IMG/VR virus record: IMGVR_UViG_3300020036_009184
DNA length: 64,000 nucleotides
Strand: one strand, 5' to 3'
From: an uncultured virus (IMG/VR IMGVR_UViG_3300020036_009184)
Taxonomy: Duplodnaviria > Heunggongvirae > Uroviricota > Caudoviricetes
Shown here: piece by piece, positions 40,700 through 50,564 of the stretch
Numbering within the stretch: the first letter of the stretch is position 1
Layout: each line of letters starts with the position of its first letter
Translations under genes and position numbers: made by a program
The notes under the pieces: generated by a model
What the model was told of the DNA's origin: nothing
The model's input: the letters and a program-made list of their open reading frames with translations, nothing else
Databases searched by the model: none

Positions 40700-41024
40700 G
40701 GGTAAATGACTTGAGTAGTTTTTCAAAAAAGAGTAGCCCTTTACTGACAGTTTCTGGATCGGCTTCTAGTCTTTCTGATATCTCTAGAAGGGCTTTAAGG
40801 TGCTCTGGAATTTCGTATGGACGTATCCAGTAGGTAGGTTCAATCTTTTGGTGGGTAATGGTTGACTGCCAGCCAGAAGGGTGGTATATGGCTTGCGTAA
40901 AACCTATTCCAGGGACAAAGGCAATTGCCGGCGCGTGCGGATCAGGCAAGTCAATGGAGCAGTTAATAAGTTGCAATAGCGTCCCATGCTCCAAACTGTC
41001 TGAATGCGGTGGTATTTTATTCAT
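40692..41024 (-). CDS. Hypothetical protein
   Basis: 110 aa in operon. Confidence 0.5.
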   Translation of the reverse strand: MNKIPPHSDSLEHGTLLQLINCSIDLPDPHAPAIAFVPGIGFTQAIYHPSGWQSTITHQKIEPTYWIRPYEIPEHLKALLEISERLEADPETVSKGLLFFEKLLKSFTHE

Positions 41025-42327
41025 TGCTGGTGTCGGTTGTAACGGTTAAAGTAATGCCGTCTTCTTTCAGGTCAGCGGCAATAGTAGATGCTATCGCCTG
41101 AATATCCGGCGTGCTCTTGTCCACTTCGCTCAGCGTCAGCGGCATGAGCAGGTGTAGTTCCTCCGGCGTCTCATCTGCGCTATTCTCGCCATTGGACTGG
41201 TACGGCATCAGGAGTATTGCCTGTGCTGCTGTTCCGAAGTGGAAACGGATGAACGGTTCGGTGGCAATGTGATCGAGCACTGCATTGAGGCGAAGAATGC
41301 TGACTCCAATGGCCAGGCTTTTGCTCACGATGTCGTCATGCAGAAATACCATCTCGGTCCCTGACTTCCCGTTGTCCCAGTCTTTGGCGGTGATCGTGAT
41401 GAACTTGTCGCGTTTGGACAAGCGGATCTCGGCCTGTTGCATGACTTTGTTGGCGATTACGCCAGTCCTGGACAGCACATCTTTGAGTGCGCTGGATGGT
41501 ACAAAAAGCGTTTGGTCGTGGTGAGTTCGGATAACAGCGTTGTAATCCGGGAACTTCGCATCCATTTTGACAAACGCGAAGTTCGCAGCGCCTTGATCGA
41601 TATGGATGTGGGTGTCGGATAGCCAGACACGGATCGGATCATCGGTCAAAAACTTGTGCAGGTACTTGACTGCGTCTGCCGGCCACAAGATGTGCTCTTG
41701 ACCTTCCAGGTTGTTGGATACGGAACTTTCATCGGGTTCGATGGCGAAGTCGTTGCACCAGGCTTTTGCCAGTTGTGTTCCGTCTGTGGCGACAAATTCT
41801 GCGGCGCCTGCTGGCCCAATGTTTTGGTAGACGGCGGTCATTGCTGGACGCAGATCGTCTTTGGAGCAACAATATGCCACCTTCCCCATCATTTGGGCCC
41901 ATTTCAAAGGACGGCAGTGGTAGTAGCAATCCTCTTCGTCAGGGGTTGGGATATTCGGGTACTCTTCCGGTGTGCTGGAAAGTGAAAACTCGTACTTCCC
42001 GGCAGGTAATTGCAGCGATATTGTCTGAAATTCGTCTGTTTCAACCGTTATGGTCTGAAAACTGTCGGCGTTGGCCAGGAGTTTTGCCAGGGTTGCGGCA
42101 TCGACCAGGATTGTGCAGTTGTCGGTCGGATCATCCTGAACTACCGGCACCTGTACGGTGGCGAAGCATTCCAGGTTTGTGGCGGTGATGTTCATGATGT
42201 TCTCGGCGACCAGTATACGGAGGTCGGACAAACATGGGATGATCGGGTTTTTGGGGATCAGTGGCAGGATTCGCTTGATTTGATCTAGCGTTTCTTTGCG
42301 AGGGATAGTGAATGTCATGGTGTTCAA
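41017..42327 (-). CDS. dnaN: DNA polymerase III beta sliding clamp
   Basis: KNPIIPCL, ITATNLE, EYP.IP, DDLRPAMT, VATDG, KFPDYNAVI, LLMP motifs. Confidence 0.92.
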   Translation of the reverse strand: MNTMTFTIPRKETLDQIKRILPLIPKNPIIPCLSDLRILVAENIMNITATNLECFATVQVPVVQDDPTDNCTILVDAATLAKLLANADSFQTITVETDEFQTISLQLPAGKYEFSLSSTPEEYPNIPTPDEEDCYYHCRPLKWAQMMGKVAYCCSKDDLRPAMTAVYQNIGPAGAAEFVATDGTQLAKAWCNDFAIEPDESSVSNNLEGQEHILWPADAVKYLHKFLTDDPIRVWLSDTHIHIDQGAANFAFVKMDAKFPDYNAVIRTHHDQTLFVPSSALKDVLSRTGVIANKVMQQAEIRLSKRDKFITITAKDWDNGKSGTEMVFLHDDIVSKSLAIGVSILRLNAVLDHIATEPFIRFHFGTAAQAILLMPYQSNGENSADETPEELHLLMPLTLSEVDKSTPDIQAIASTIAADLKEDGITLTVTTDTSNE

Positions 42328-42839
42328 AGTTTTAGTAATTCTAAAGGAATGATGCGTCGTACTATTTCAGCAGTTTGTAGTTGGCTTTGTTTCCGAGCAG
42401 CAGCATCAGCAGCAGCAGCATAAGCAGCAGCATAAGCATCAGCAGCAGCATAAGCATCAGCAGCAGCATAAGCAGCATAAGCAGCAGCAGCATAAGCATA
42501 AGCATCAGCAGCAGCAGCAGCATAAGCAGCATAAGCATAAGCAGCAGCAGCAGCAAGTTCTTCATCGGTTGCCTCGCCTCGTCCGTATGCTTGAGCAACT
42601 TCTAGTGCTTTAATACTGCGAGGATCTTTCATCAGATGTTTCACAGTGGCTGCGCATTCAGCCTTTGCCGCTGTCATTGTGCGCTTGTCGATACCTGCTC
42701 GTTTTGCAAGCCAAAGCATCCAATCTCCGCGTTGGCATTCAGCCCATATTTCGGGCAGCGTTTTGCCGTCAGCCCATTCACGCGCTACTTTGCAGGCGTC
42801 AAGTGCATTTAATTTGATTTTAATTTCTTGTGCGTTCAT
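42324..42839 (-). CDS. Phage protein (Imm5-like) with Ala/Tyr/Asp low-complexity tract
   Basis: CQRGDWMLWLA...DPRSIKALEVA...GEATDEEL then A/Y repeats. Confidence 0.65.
   Translation of the reverse strand: MNAQEIKIKLNALDACKVAREWADGKTLPEIWAECQRGDWMLWLAKRAGIDKRTMTAAKAECAATVKHLMKDPRSIKALEVAQAYGRGEATDEELAAAAAYAYAAYAAAAADAYAYAAAAYAAYAAADAYAAADAYAAAYAAAADAAARKQSQLQTAEIVRRIIPLELLKL
42397..42554. repeat. GCA/TAA-based degenerate microsatellite within CDS
   Basis: (gcagcagcataa)-type units. Confidence 0.9.
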
Positions 42840-42893
42840 TGTGGTGTTCAAAGTTGAATAGTGATACAAAGGATGGTGAATATCCACCACCAG

Positions 42894-43109
42894 TTATTTG
42901 AAATTAGTCGGAGCATCTTGTAGGTCGATTTTAAGGGGCGTTGTAGACAGGATGGTGATTACTGGGGTATGTACTTGATTGCAGGTACATACGGCGTTTT
43001 GGGACGGATTTATGACCTCTGGGCCGCGCATTCCGAAGAATACTTGCGGGATATTCTCATCGGGAAGGTTTACGGCGTCGTGTACGGGGCAGAACCTATT
43101 ATTGCGCAT
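42894..43109 (-). CDS. Small Cys-containing hypothetical protein
   Basis: CPVH...CTC; ATG after ACAATAACACT leader. Confidence 0.45.
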   Translation of the reverse strand: MRNNRFCPVHDAVNLPDENIPQVFFGMRGPEVINPSQNAVCTCNQVHTPVITILSTTPLKIDLQDAPTNFK

Positions 43110-43113
43110 AGTG

Positions 43114-43314
43114 TTATTGTTCAAGGTTGTTTTTGTCGATGTATTCTTGGGTGTTCCACCGATTGAGGTCCAGGTCTTCGTCGGTGTACTCGCGTTTGCC
43201 GCTTTTTTGAGATTTGATTTCTGCGATTTCGGCATTAATTTCTTTTACAGCATCCCAATCGCAGTCATTGAAGGCGATATCTTTGAGTTTGAGTAATTCG
43301 CTTAGTCTGTTCAT
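43114..43314 (-). CDS. Hypothetical protein
   Basis: MNRLSELL start. Confidence 0.45.
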   Translation of the reverse strand: MNRLSELLKLKDIAFNDCDWDAVKEINAEIAEIKSQKSGKREYTDEDLDLNRWNTQEYIDKNNLEQ

Positions 43315-43372
43315 GGTGAGTTGAGTGGTTATCCGGCCCGAGTATTCGCCCAGGCCGGATATGGTGAGTAGA

Positions 43373-44389
43373 TCAAAAAGGTAGGTCGTCCAGGTCCGAT
43401 GCCGAGGACCCCGCTTGCACAAATTCGCCGGCAGTATTGAAGCATCGATTATCCAGGTCGGTGATAATGAATTGCTGGAGCGCCAAGTCTTTGGCCAGTT
43501 TTGCGGCTTCCACATAATCAGATGGCACTCCGCGTGCTTTCATCTTGGCGAATCCCTGCTTTACCAGATCAAAAAACGCAGTATCAGTTTTCTTCTCATT
43601 CAAAAGGGCAGAATAGTTGGCGGCTACCCATTTGATACATAGAGTGGCTACACTTCCCTCTGTCGCTGGAGCGCTTTGAGCCGCCTGTTGTTGTGTCTGC
43701 GGCACCGAATTGATGGTTGTCGGGATCCCAGGTGCCGGCGTGGCATTCGTCGTATCGTTTCCGAAGTGTTTCGCCAGCAACAGAATTTCGTTGTGCCAGA
43801 AGTCGGAGACAGTCTGGAAGTCTCGGACTCCCTGCGCATTGGTGGTCGCCTTGGGCACTCCCTCAAATTCGCCGTCTTCTTTGGTCCCTACCCAAGGGAA
43901 TTTGGTTGGCAGTTGTGGCCCTTCTTTCCCGGCATACAGTTTGGCGCGCATGACGTAATCCTCGGACTTCATCTTTTTGGAATACACGCTGATACGCACC
44001 TTTTTGTCCCATCCTGGGCTTTTCAGTGCGCCGGCCAGTTGGTTCACGATGTCGGACACGATTGGGCTGGACCAGTGAGATGACAGGGTGAGGCAAAAGT
44101 CTTTGATTTCGCCATCAACCTGGTCTTTGGCTTTGAAAAGCATTTTGTATTCATACCGGGCACGGACCCTCCCCACTGCTTCCCGCCATACAGGGGTAAG
44201 TACATTGGTGAGGTATCCGGTGAAGTCCCGGTGTTCTGGCCCGTCTTTTCCCTGTTTGATGATGCAGGTCTTGGCGCCTTTTTCTTCGCCGATGAGTTTG
44301 AGATTGAGGTAGACGAATTTACCGCCTGATCCTCCGCCTGTGTCATCGAAATTTTGGTGATCTTGAATGTCGTTTTGGTAGTTGCTCAT
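43373..44389 (-). CDS. Putative ssDNA-binding/annealing protein
   Basis: C-terminal DLDDLPF tail, Gln/Pro linker, near the beta clamp gene. Confidence 0.55.
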   Translation of the reverse strand: MSNYQNDIQDHQNFDDTGGGSGGKFVYLNLKLIGEEKGAKTCIIKQGKDGPEHRDFTGYLTNVLTPVWREAVGRVRARYEYKMLFKAKDQVDGEIKDFCLTLSSHWSSPIVSDIVNQLAGALKSPGWDKKVRISVYSKKMKSEDYVMRAKLYAGKEGPQLPTKFPWVGTKEDGEFEGVPKATTNAQGVRDFQTVSDFWHNEILLLAKHFGNDTTNATPAPGIPTTINSVPQTQQQAAQSAPATEGSVATLCIKWVAANYSALLNEKKTDTAFFDLVKQGFAKMKARGVPSDYVEAAKLAKDLALQQFIITDLDNRCFNTAGEFVQAGSSASDLDDLPF

Positions 44390-44422
44390 GTCGTAGAGTG
44401 GTTGAACTGTGAATTAATGATA

Positions 44423-44430
44423 CAAAGATA
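44423..44430 (-). promoter_or_regulatory. Bacteroidota-type -7 element TATCTTTG
   Basis: 33 bp upstream of ATG 44389. Confidence 0.55.
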
Positions 44431-44465
44431 CCGCATTGTAGACATATTTCTATGTGCTACATAAG

Positions 44466-45104
44466 TTATTTTTTGAAGTTCTCTTTCAGGTATCCAAACA
44501 GGTTCGGGTGAATAATTCTGGCTTCTTTCTCGGTGATCTGTACGCAGCGGTCGTGCAGCATGGCTTCACCGATACGGATGCTGTGTATTTGCTCGGCGTT
44601 TGGCTCTACTCCGTGTCCTGCGGTGTAGCATTCGTAGGTATTGAACCATATTCCGGCCAAAGATTGTGGCCTGACGGCGGTTACGTTGCCTGTGCTGGAG
44701 TTCGGGTATGCTGCCTCTTTGTACGGGGCTTTCTCGGGCGAATATTCAAGCCAAAATTCGAGTTTGCCGGCATATTCGTCGGGAATTACCACTTGTTGTA
44801 CAAAATCCTGCCAATGTTTCCACCCATGCAGGGCGCGCATCAGTTTCGTGCCGGTTTTGAACATTTCTGGGCTATGTTGCCTGATCCATCGATTTTCCAA
44901 AGATATGAGCGGCATATTGAACGATGCTGGTGTACTGTACATGGCAAACGCCCATCGAGCATATTTTGTGGCAGGCCCGTTTGGTTGTCCAGGGCAATGA
45001 GTGACGGCAGCAATGCGGCCTGTTTTGATCTCTTGATAAAATTCGAGGTGAGGAAATATCTCCGACAATGGCCGGATAGGTATTTCTATTTTTGTGGTGT
45101 GCAT
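44466..45104 (-). CDS. Hypothetical protein
   Basis: 212-aa ORF. Confidence 0.55.
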   Translation of the reverse strand: MHTTKIEIPIRPLSEIFPHLEFYQEIKTGRIAAVTHCPGQPNGPATKYARWAFAMYSTPASFNMPLISLENRWIRQHSPEMFKTGTKLMRALHGWKHWQDFVQQVVIPDEYAGKLEFWLEYSPEKAPYKEAAYPNSSTGNVTAVRPQSLAGIWFNTYECYTAGHGVEPNAEQIHSIRIGEAMLHDRCVQITEKEARIIHPNLFGYLKENFKK

Positions 45105-45125
45105 GATGAAAGATTTTGAGTGTGA

Positions 45126-45815
45126 CTATTCTTCGCCAACGTATTCGTATTGGTTATTGATAAGTTTGTACATATCGGATGTGCCAGGGTGTCGGTCGAA
45201 ATAGATGTCGTACGCTTCTTTTGATTGACTTTTTGGCATAAAGGACTCTATTGCTTGACCAGCCTTGTATTTGAGCCGTCCGGTATTTGATCCGCTATCT
45301 TCATCGGCGTATTCAAGCAGTATTTCGACGTAAGGGAACATGGCGGACAGTTTGGCGATAATCGGAAGTGGGCTGCTCCATGCTGTTTGGAAAAAGATAG
45401 TGTTTTCGTCGCCTCTTTTGTCATCTGACTCGTAGGCGTTCCATTTTGTACCCCAATGCTCTATGGCCCATTTGTACCAGGTGGGATGTCCGTGTTCTTT
45501 GATGTTTTGCTGATACTTGATCGCAAGTGTTACGGCCTCTGTTTGTCGTTCAATGCTCATTTCAGCAAAACGGGACTGTAATTCGGTATTGGTAAAAAAT
45601 GATCGTTCTGTTCCGGCGCCAAATAGTAGGCTAAAAGCGGTTTCCCCGAGAGATCCAGATTCTATATTTAGGCTTTCTGGCATAGGGATAATATTGTTGA
45701 AGTCTATTTTCCGTGTATAGCCTTCTATATCGGTATGCTGTATGGCATCGAGTACGGTGTTGACTTGTTCGGTGGTACCAATGATGGTGATTTTATTCTG
45801 AATATGATTTGGCAT
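45126..45815 (-). CDS. DUF1281/YubB ferredoxin-like fold protein
   Basis: MPNH..N, DFN.IIPMP, WY.W...WGTKWNA, FQTAWS.P. Confidence 0.8.
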   Translation of the reverse strand: MPNHIQNKITIIGTTEQVNTVLDAIQHTDIEGYTRKIDFNNIIPMPESLNIESGSLGETAFSLLFGAGTERSFFTNTELQSRFAEMSIERQTEAVTLAIKYQQNIKEHGHPTWYKWAIEHWGTKWNAYESDDKRGDENTIFFQTAWSSPLPIIAKLSAMFPYVEILLEYADEDSGSNTGRLKYKAGQAIESFMPKSQSKEAYDIYFDRHPGTSDMYKLINNQYEYVGEE

Positions 45816-45888
45816 GGTGAAAAGATTTTGAGCCGTCCACTTCTCAATCAGTGGGTAGGCTATTGGTGAATTATTTGAGTGGAAGGTT

Positions 45889-46260
45889 TTATTTTGGAAA
45901 TGCTTTGCCCATTACATCTGTCTGTAATTGCTGTATCAGGAAATCAGAACCTTCTGCCTTTTTTGTTTCAGCAAATTCCTCCATGCTTTTTCTGAGCGAT
46001 GCTTTCAGATCATAAAATGTTCTAAAAACCGGCTCTGGTACGGTGAAAAACCTTGTTTTGTCGTCCGAATCGGTGTAGTTTCCGAATTGGCATCTCATTG
46101 CTTGCCAGTCATACTCTTCTATTGAGCCTGGCATGGACTCAAGCAGGTGGATCAGAAAAGAATGGAAGACAAAACCTGTATTCCCGCAGAATGCGAACCG
46201 GGCATCGAACTTAGTCCGTTCTGTCAAGTCCAGTATTTGTATTTGGAATTTCTGTTCCAT
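45889..46260 (-). CDS. Hypothetical protein
   Basis: 123-aa ORF. Confidence 0.5.
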   Translation of the reverse strand: MEQKFQIQILDLTERTKFDARFAFCGNTGFVFHSFLIHLLESMPGSIEEYDWQAMRCQFGNYTDSDDKTRFFTVPEPVFRTFYDLKASLRKSMEEFAETKKAEGSDFLIQQLQTDVMGKAFPK

Positions 46261-46465
46261 CTTGTGTGAAGAGTTTGGTGAGTGATAAGACGGTTTTTTG
46301 GATCTCTTGCCGTCGATACCGGGAAGAGGTACGCATAGCGTGGAAGTTCTTATATCCCAGGCTTTCGGCCAGGATAGTTTCGGTTACTTCATGCGTTTCC
46401 AGTACGGCCAGGTATGCGGCCTGTACTTCGGTATCAATGTTCGGTTTTACTCTGGGTATCTTCAT
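46211..46465 (-). CDS. Small HTH-like protein
   Basis: VTETILAESLGYKN. Confidence 0.45.
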   Translation of the reverse strand: MKIPRVKPNIDTEVQAAYLAVLETHEVTETILAESLGYKNFHAMRTSSRYRRQEIQKTVLSLTKLFTQDGTEIPNTNTGLDRTD

Positions 46466-46950
46466 GGTGTTTCTTCTTTGTATTCGGCAATAAGATCATG
46501 CGGGCAGTCTGTATTCAATCCCCAATATCTCCCGTTTGGTAGCCATGAGGCGTTTTGAAGTCCGCCTTGCACATATCCGCCAAAGCCTCTTCCTGTTGTC
46601 GTCCTCCATTCGACGTGTGCAATTTGTCCGTTACGAGTAAGATATTTCTTGCCTAATTCCAGTACAATTTCTGTGTTCGAGCCGTCCACTTCTGAATGTT
46701 CGGGTTCTGGTACGGGGGTAGGCGCCGGTGCGTGTTCGGCGTATTGTTGCAAGGATTGAATGAGTGCCGGAATATTGGAAAGCGGTACTTCGATTTCAAA
46801 ATCAATCACTTTCCCGGCTTTGTCAAGGGGTTTGATGCTCAAAACCTCCCCAATATCAAGGAATGACAGGCCGGAAATAAGTTTTGGCCGCTTTTTTGAG
46901 CCTGCGAACGGATCTGCTGCGCCTGTGAATTTTAACAATATTTCTTTCAT
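46462..46950 (-). CDS. Hypothetical protein
   Basis: LELGKKYLTRNG...SW..NG...DLIAE small phage domain. Confidence 0.55.
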   Translation of the reverse strand: MKEILLKFTGAADPFAGSKKRPKLISGLSFLDIGEVLSIKPLDKAGKVIDFEIEVPLSNIPALIQSLQQYAEHAPAPTPVPEPEHSEVDGSNTEIVLELGKKYLTRNGQIAHVEWRTTTGRGFGGYVQGGLQNASWLPNGRYWGLNTDCPHDLIAEYKEETP

Positions 46951-46981
46951 GTTGATAAAGTGTTGATAAGTGGGTGGTGTA

Positions 46982-47557
46982 TTATTGAGCGGGTGAAAAA
47001 TCAGATGAGGAAGGAAAGTTAAAAGCGTTATAATTCAGGTTATACCCCAATACGCGGCAAACTGTTTCGGGTTTGGTGTCTGTAATGTTGCAGTCTGACA
47101 TCCTAACGAATGCGCCCGTCTCCAGTCCTTCGGTGACTCCGGCTTTCAAGATGTCGTTTTTGCTCATTTCGTCGCTGGTTCCTTCGTTTTCGTCTGCTAT
47201 TTCAATTTCGTCCTCATCAATCAGTAAATAGTGGATGTCTTTACCTGTAAGACTGATAACTGATTGCAGTATGCCGTCTGTGATTACCGCGATAAACTGC
47301 GGGCCGTCCGGCGCTGGCTTCTCGGCCTGGACTTGCCGGTATTCTTCGATTGCTCGAATGGCTGCCCAAAGTTCATTATATACTTCGCTGGCTTTCCCGC
47401 AGATGATGTCGGAAGATATAGCGCCGGAATTGCCGATTTTTTGACATACTCCGTACCCGCCTACACGGCTGTCTCTGTGGCGAAGGATATAATTTTTGCC
47501 TGTGAGTTCGGCGTATCGTGTTACGGCTGATTCGAGTTGTTTTACTGTGGTGCGCAT
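46982..47557 (-). CDS. Hypothetical protein
   Basis: ATG after ACCAACACC leader. Confidence 0.5.
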   Translation of the reverse strand: MRTTVKQLESAVTRYAELTGKNYILRHRDSRVGGYGVCQKIGNSGAISSDIICGKASEVYNELWAAIRAIEEYRQVQAEKPAPDGPQFIAVITDGILQSVISLTGKDIHYLLIDEDEIEIADENEGTSDEMSKNDILKAGVTEGLETGAFVRMSDCNITDTKPETVCRVLGYNLNYNAFNFPSSSDFSPAQ

Positions 47558-47583
47558 GGTGTTGGTAGTGAGTAGGTGAAAAA

Positions 47584-47883
47584 TTAAAGGTTGTGGCACA
47601 TTTCAATTAAACGCATGGTAGGGTAATGCTGTCCGGTTTCGGCGCAAAAAAAGTCGTCCATTGGCAGTGCAAAATGCCAGATTTTGAACTTTAAGCGCTC
47701 CCACTTATCGAGTTGGGCTTCTATCCTGCGTTTTTTGTCGTGCCACTTTAAGCGCTTATCGAGGTCTGACGGTCTTTCGCCTGCGCCTTTATACTCCAAA
47801 TTGCGCTGAAATACACTGATTTTGGTCATAAGGTCGTGCGCTTTTCGCATATACTTAACGGTTTGATCTACATTTCCAGTCAT
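47584..47883 (-). CDS. Hypothetical protein
   Basis: Likely start MTGNV. Confidence 0.45.
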   Translation of the reverse strand: MTGNVDQTVKYMRKAHDLMTKISVFQRNLEYKGAGERPSDLDKRLKWHDKKRRIEAQLDKWERLKFKIWHFALPMDDFFCAETGQHYPTMRLIEMCHNL

Positions 47884-47914
47884 GGTGGTAGTGTTGAATG
47901 GTTGAAAAAATGAG

Positions 47915-48202
47915 TTATCCAAATTTGTACGGGACTGGTTTGACTTTGTTGATAGCGTCCAGGTAGTCACCCCATTTCCGATTTTGACCTCTGGAAACAA
48001 CCATGTCGCACCTGTATTGCGTGCATGGGTCTGGGTCATTGGGGCCGAATGAGCCTAAATGTCTAAATTCGCCAACTAATACCGTTCCGCCAACTTTTTC
48101 TATGTTGGCCGTCACTTCGTTAACAATGCGGCGAAGTTCTGTTTGAAGATCAGTTTTTACAAAACGATCATCTACTATTTGAGTAAAAAAAAGTTGTCTC
48201 AT
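47915..48202 (-). CDS. Hypothetical protein
   Basis: Likely start MRQLFF. Confidence 0.45.
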   Translation of the reverse strand: MRQLFFTQIVDDRFVKTDLQTELRRIVNEVTANIEKVGGTVLVGEFRHLGSFGPNDPDPCTQYRCDMVVSRGQNRKWGDYLDAINKVKPVPYKFG

Positions 48203-48349
48203 GTTTTTCAAAAAAAAGTTTTCGAGCCGTCCATTTTTGGCTCTGTGACTTAAAAATAGGGGTGCTGGCGGCATTATCTATATTTTGGCAGCCGTACACC
48301 CCGTTTTTGCTGTGGTGCGTTTAAAAATGGTTTTTTGGGGCAATCTCAT

Positions 48350-48613
48350 TTAATCGGCTGCGGCGATTGCTGCGCGTTCTACCGGTGTGCGGAAATATCC
48401 GCGTTTACAGGAATAGGACACGACAAACACGTTTCCGGCTGCATCAGCCACTACTGCGCGGCTCTTGTGCTCTTGGTCGGTGTAACGCGCTGCGGACTTC
48501 TCGAAGCCTACACACGCTGCGGCTTCGGTCGAATAGGTTTGCAGGGTGTCGGGTGTCTGCGCGTGCACCAATGCTGCCCACGTCAAAAAGAGGATAAAAA
48601 ATGTGTGTTTCAT
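48350..48613 (-). CDS. Small exported protein
   Basis: Signal peptide ending VHA-Q. Confidence 0.55.
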   Translation of the reverse strand: MKHTFFILFLTWAALVHAQTPDTLQTYSTEAAACVGFEKSAARYTDQEHKSRAVVADAAGNVFVVSYSCKRGYFRTPVERAAIAAAD

Positions 48614-48652
48614 TGTGAAACGGTTGAAAAGTGAGAAAATACAGGGGGTGCG

Positions 48653-49189
48653 TTATGGATTAAAAAAAAGTTGTGTTCCGTCCTTCCATTTTGTTGTTGT
48701 CCACAAGACGCCGTCTTCCTCTGGGCCTACTGCCGCTTTTGCTTTGGCTTCATCGGTGCCAACGTAGTGCGTTTGTGTGTTTGGCTGGTCTGCATCGCTC
48801 CCGTCCCAATTTCGGTAGTTATGGGATTGAACTACAAAAGTAACGGGCTGCGCGTTGTGTATCGCTTCTTCGATGGGTACGCCGTCAACCATTAAAGCGG
48901 GTTGTAAGGTAATGTCGGGGCAAAAACCAATTGTGTATTTGTGGATGGTGTCCAACAAAAAGAACATGAGCGGCGTATTTTTCGACATTTCCAGCCATTC
49001 GGCGTTCCTTACTATCCCTTTTTCGCGGTGTCCCTCAATTCTCCCGGTAGAACAATCGAGCCGAACAACATCGGGGTATTTTTGCAAAAAGTCCGGCATG
49101 AGGTCGCGTATAGTTTGGAGAATAAGCGGACGAGCGTATGCTGCCGCCTGATCTGCGATTTGTTGAAACTGCGGTGAATGGTAGTACAT
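48653..49189 (-). CDS. Hypothetical protein
   Basis: 178-aa ORF. Confidence 0.55.
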   Translation of the reverse strand: MYYHSPQFQQIADQAAAYARPLILQTIRDLMPDFLQKYPDVVRLDCSTGRIEGHREKGIVRNAEWLEMSKNTPLMFFLLDTIHKYTIGFCPDITLQPALMVDGVPIEEAIHNAQPVTFVVQSHNYRNWDGSDADQPNTQTHYVGTDEAKAKAAVGPEEDGVLWTTTKWKDGTQLFFNP

Positions 49190-49191
49190 GG

Positions 49192-49518
49192 TTATGTATT
49201 TTTAAAGTAACGGGGTTTTGTGTCGTGTAGGAAGCGAAAGAAAATAGATATTGTAGTCATTGGGAAAACCTGGAAGTCTGGGCCCAAATGTTTTTGCAGT
49301 TCTTCGCTGTGTGCGCTGGTATCGCCTGAAAAGGTGACGATTTTAGGCTTGTCCGTTGGTATCAGTGCGCCGTTAATGGGCCAAAACTTGAATTTCAACC
49401 CTATTTTTTTGGTCGCCCAAATAGATACGGTAGCGTCTAAATGCGGTGCGGCTTCCGCGTATGGCCTTCCGTGCCAAAATTTATTATAAACGATGTGGAT
49501 TTGTTCTGGGTGTGGCAT
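49192..49518 (-). CDS. Hypothetical protein
   Basis: 108-aa ORF. Confidence 0.5.
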   Translation of the reverse strand: MPHPEQIHIVYNKFWHGRPYAEAAPHLDATVSIWATKKIGLKFKFWPINGALIPTDKPKIVTFSGDTSAHSEELQKHLGPDFQVFPMTTISIFFRFLHDTKPRYFKNT

Positions 49519-49523
49519 GGTGC

Positions 49524-50000
49524 TTAGTAGGTTGTGCCGTTGGCGGTGTTTATTCTTTCAATTGTCTCCCGGTGGTCTGCCCTTGTGGTATTTACCCAAA
49601 AGGTATTATCCTTTTGTATTTCGGTCTGCATTTCGCTATCCCACACTTTTGAGACGCGCGTTATCACAAAATTTTCGAGTTTGAAAGCAATATAAAACAC
49701 TTCTTTTTTTGGTGTGACTTGTGTCGGTTCAAAGTGCTTTTCAATGGCTTTCAGGGCTTCATGTTGGCGAAGTACGGTAAAACCTGAACCACGTCGGTAT
49801 TGCAATTCTTCGGCCTGGCTATCGTATTTGTACGACCATTGGCGTGTGCCTCCCGGCTCAACAATTTCGAGTGCTGAATTTGTCCACCACCATTTTAAGC
49901 GGCAACCTTTCGAGTTTGTGACGGGCAAAAACTTTGTGGCGTACATGCGTACTCCATCGGCTGGGGTAATGACGAAATGAATGTAGTGAGGCGTTGGCAT
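49524..50000 (-). CDS. Hypothetical protein
   Basis: TKFLPVTNSKGCRLK motif of small phage proteins. Confidence 0.5.
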   Translation of the reverse strand: MPTPHYIHFVITPADGVRMYATKFLPVTNSKGCRLKWWWTNSALEIVEPGGTRQWSYKYDSQAEELQYRRGSGFTVLRQHEALKAIEKHFEPTQVTPKKEVFYIAFKLENFVITRVSKVWDSEMQTEIQKDNTFWVNTTRADHRETIERINTANGTTY

Positions 50001-50096
50001 GGCGAAAAAGTTTGTGGTGTGTGGTAAAAAGTGTTGTGCCTGTCTCATCAGTACCGGGCGGCAAACGGTAGACGGGGACAAATGCCCCGTTTCGAC

Positions 50097-50252
50097 TTAT
50101 TGTTTTATTTCTTGAATTTCTACAACTGTTCGCGGTTCTCCTTGGTGTTTCTGGATTGCCCATTGTTCGGCCTCATCGTATGAAGCAAAAAAGAGTGTTG
50201 CTATTATGCGAATGCCTTTTGGCCCAAAGTAGGTAATTTCGTACTTCTTCAT
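50097..50252 (-). CDS. Small hypothetical protein
   Basis: MKKYEITY..., ATGA-coupled. Confidence 0.45.
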   Translation of the reverse strand: MKKYEITYFGPKGIRIIATLFFASYDEAEQWAIQKHQGEPRTVVEIQEIKQ

Positions 50253-50530
50253 TTTTTCGGCGTTGTGTTGTGAACGGCGCAATGTTGGCCGGAAGTTTTG
50301 ACAGTTCTTTTGCAGGGTGCGCCGGATTTGGTCGGTTCTCCGCATCTGGGCGTATCGGGGTTGTGGACATTGCAAAACGTTGCCGGTGTTACGGCGTGGT
50401 GCTTGCACTGTGTCCCCGCTTTTGTAGTGGCTGTACACATTGGGCGGGTATCAACTTTTGACGTGTCGCGTGTTTGTGCCTGTAATGCGGAACAAAACAG
50501 GATAAAGATGAAAATCAAGGAATTTTTCAT
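50249..50530 (-). CDS. Exported protein with two C-x3-TK-xG-x2-C...C-x2-H repeats (DUF5763-like)
   Basis: Signal ending LQA-Q; CTATTKAGTQC...FCNVH and CGEPTKSGAPC...HCAVH. Confidence 0.65.
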   Translation of the reverse strand: MKNSLIFIFILFCSALQAQTRDTSKVDTRPMCTATTKAGTQCKHHAVTPATFCNVHNPDTPRCGEPTKSGAPCKRTVKTSGQHCAVHNTTPKK

Positions 50531-50564
50531 GTTGTGGCGTTGTATAGTGGTGAATGGTGGAAAA

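Noticed and set aside
42362..42605. Poly-Leu/Met and poly-Ser ORFs
   Set aside because: Alternative frames of the Ala/Tyr microsatellite
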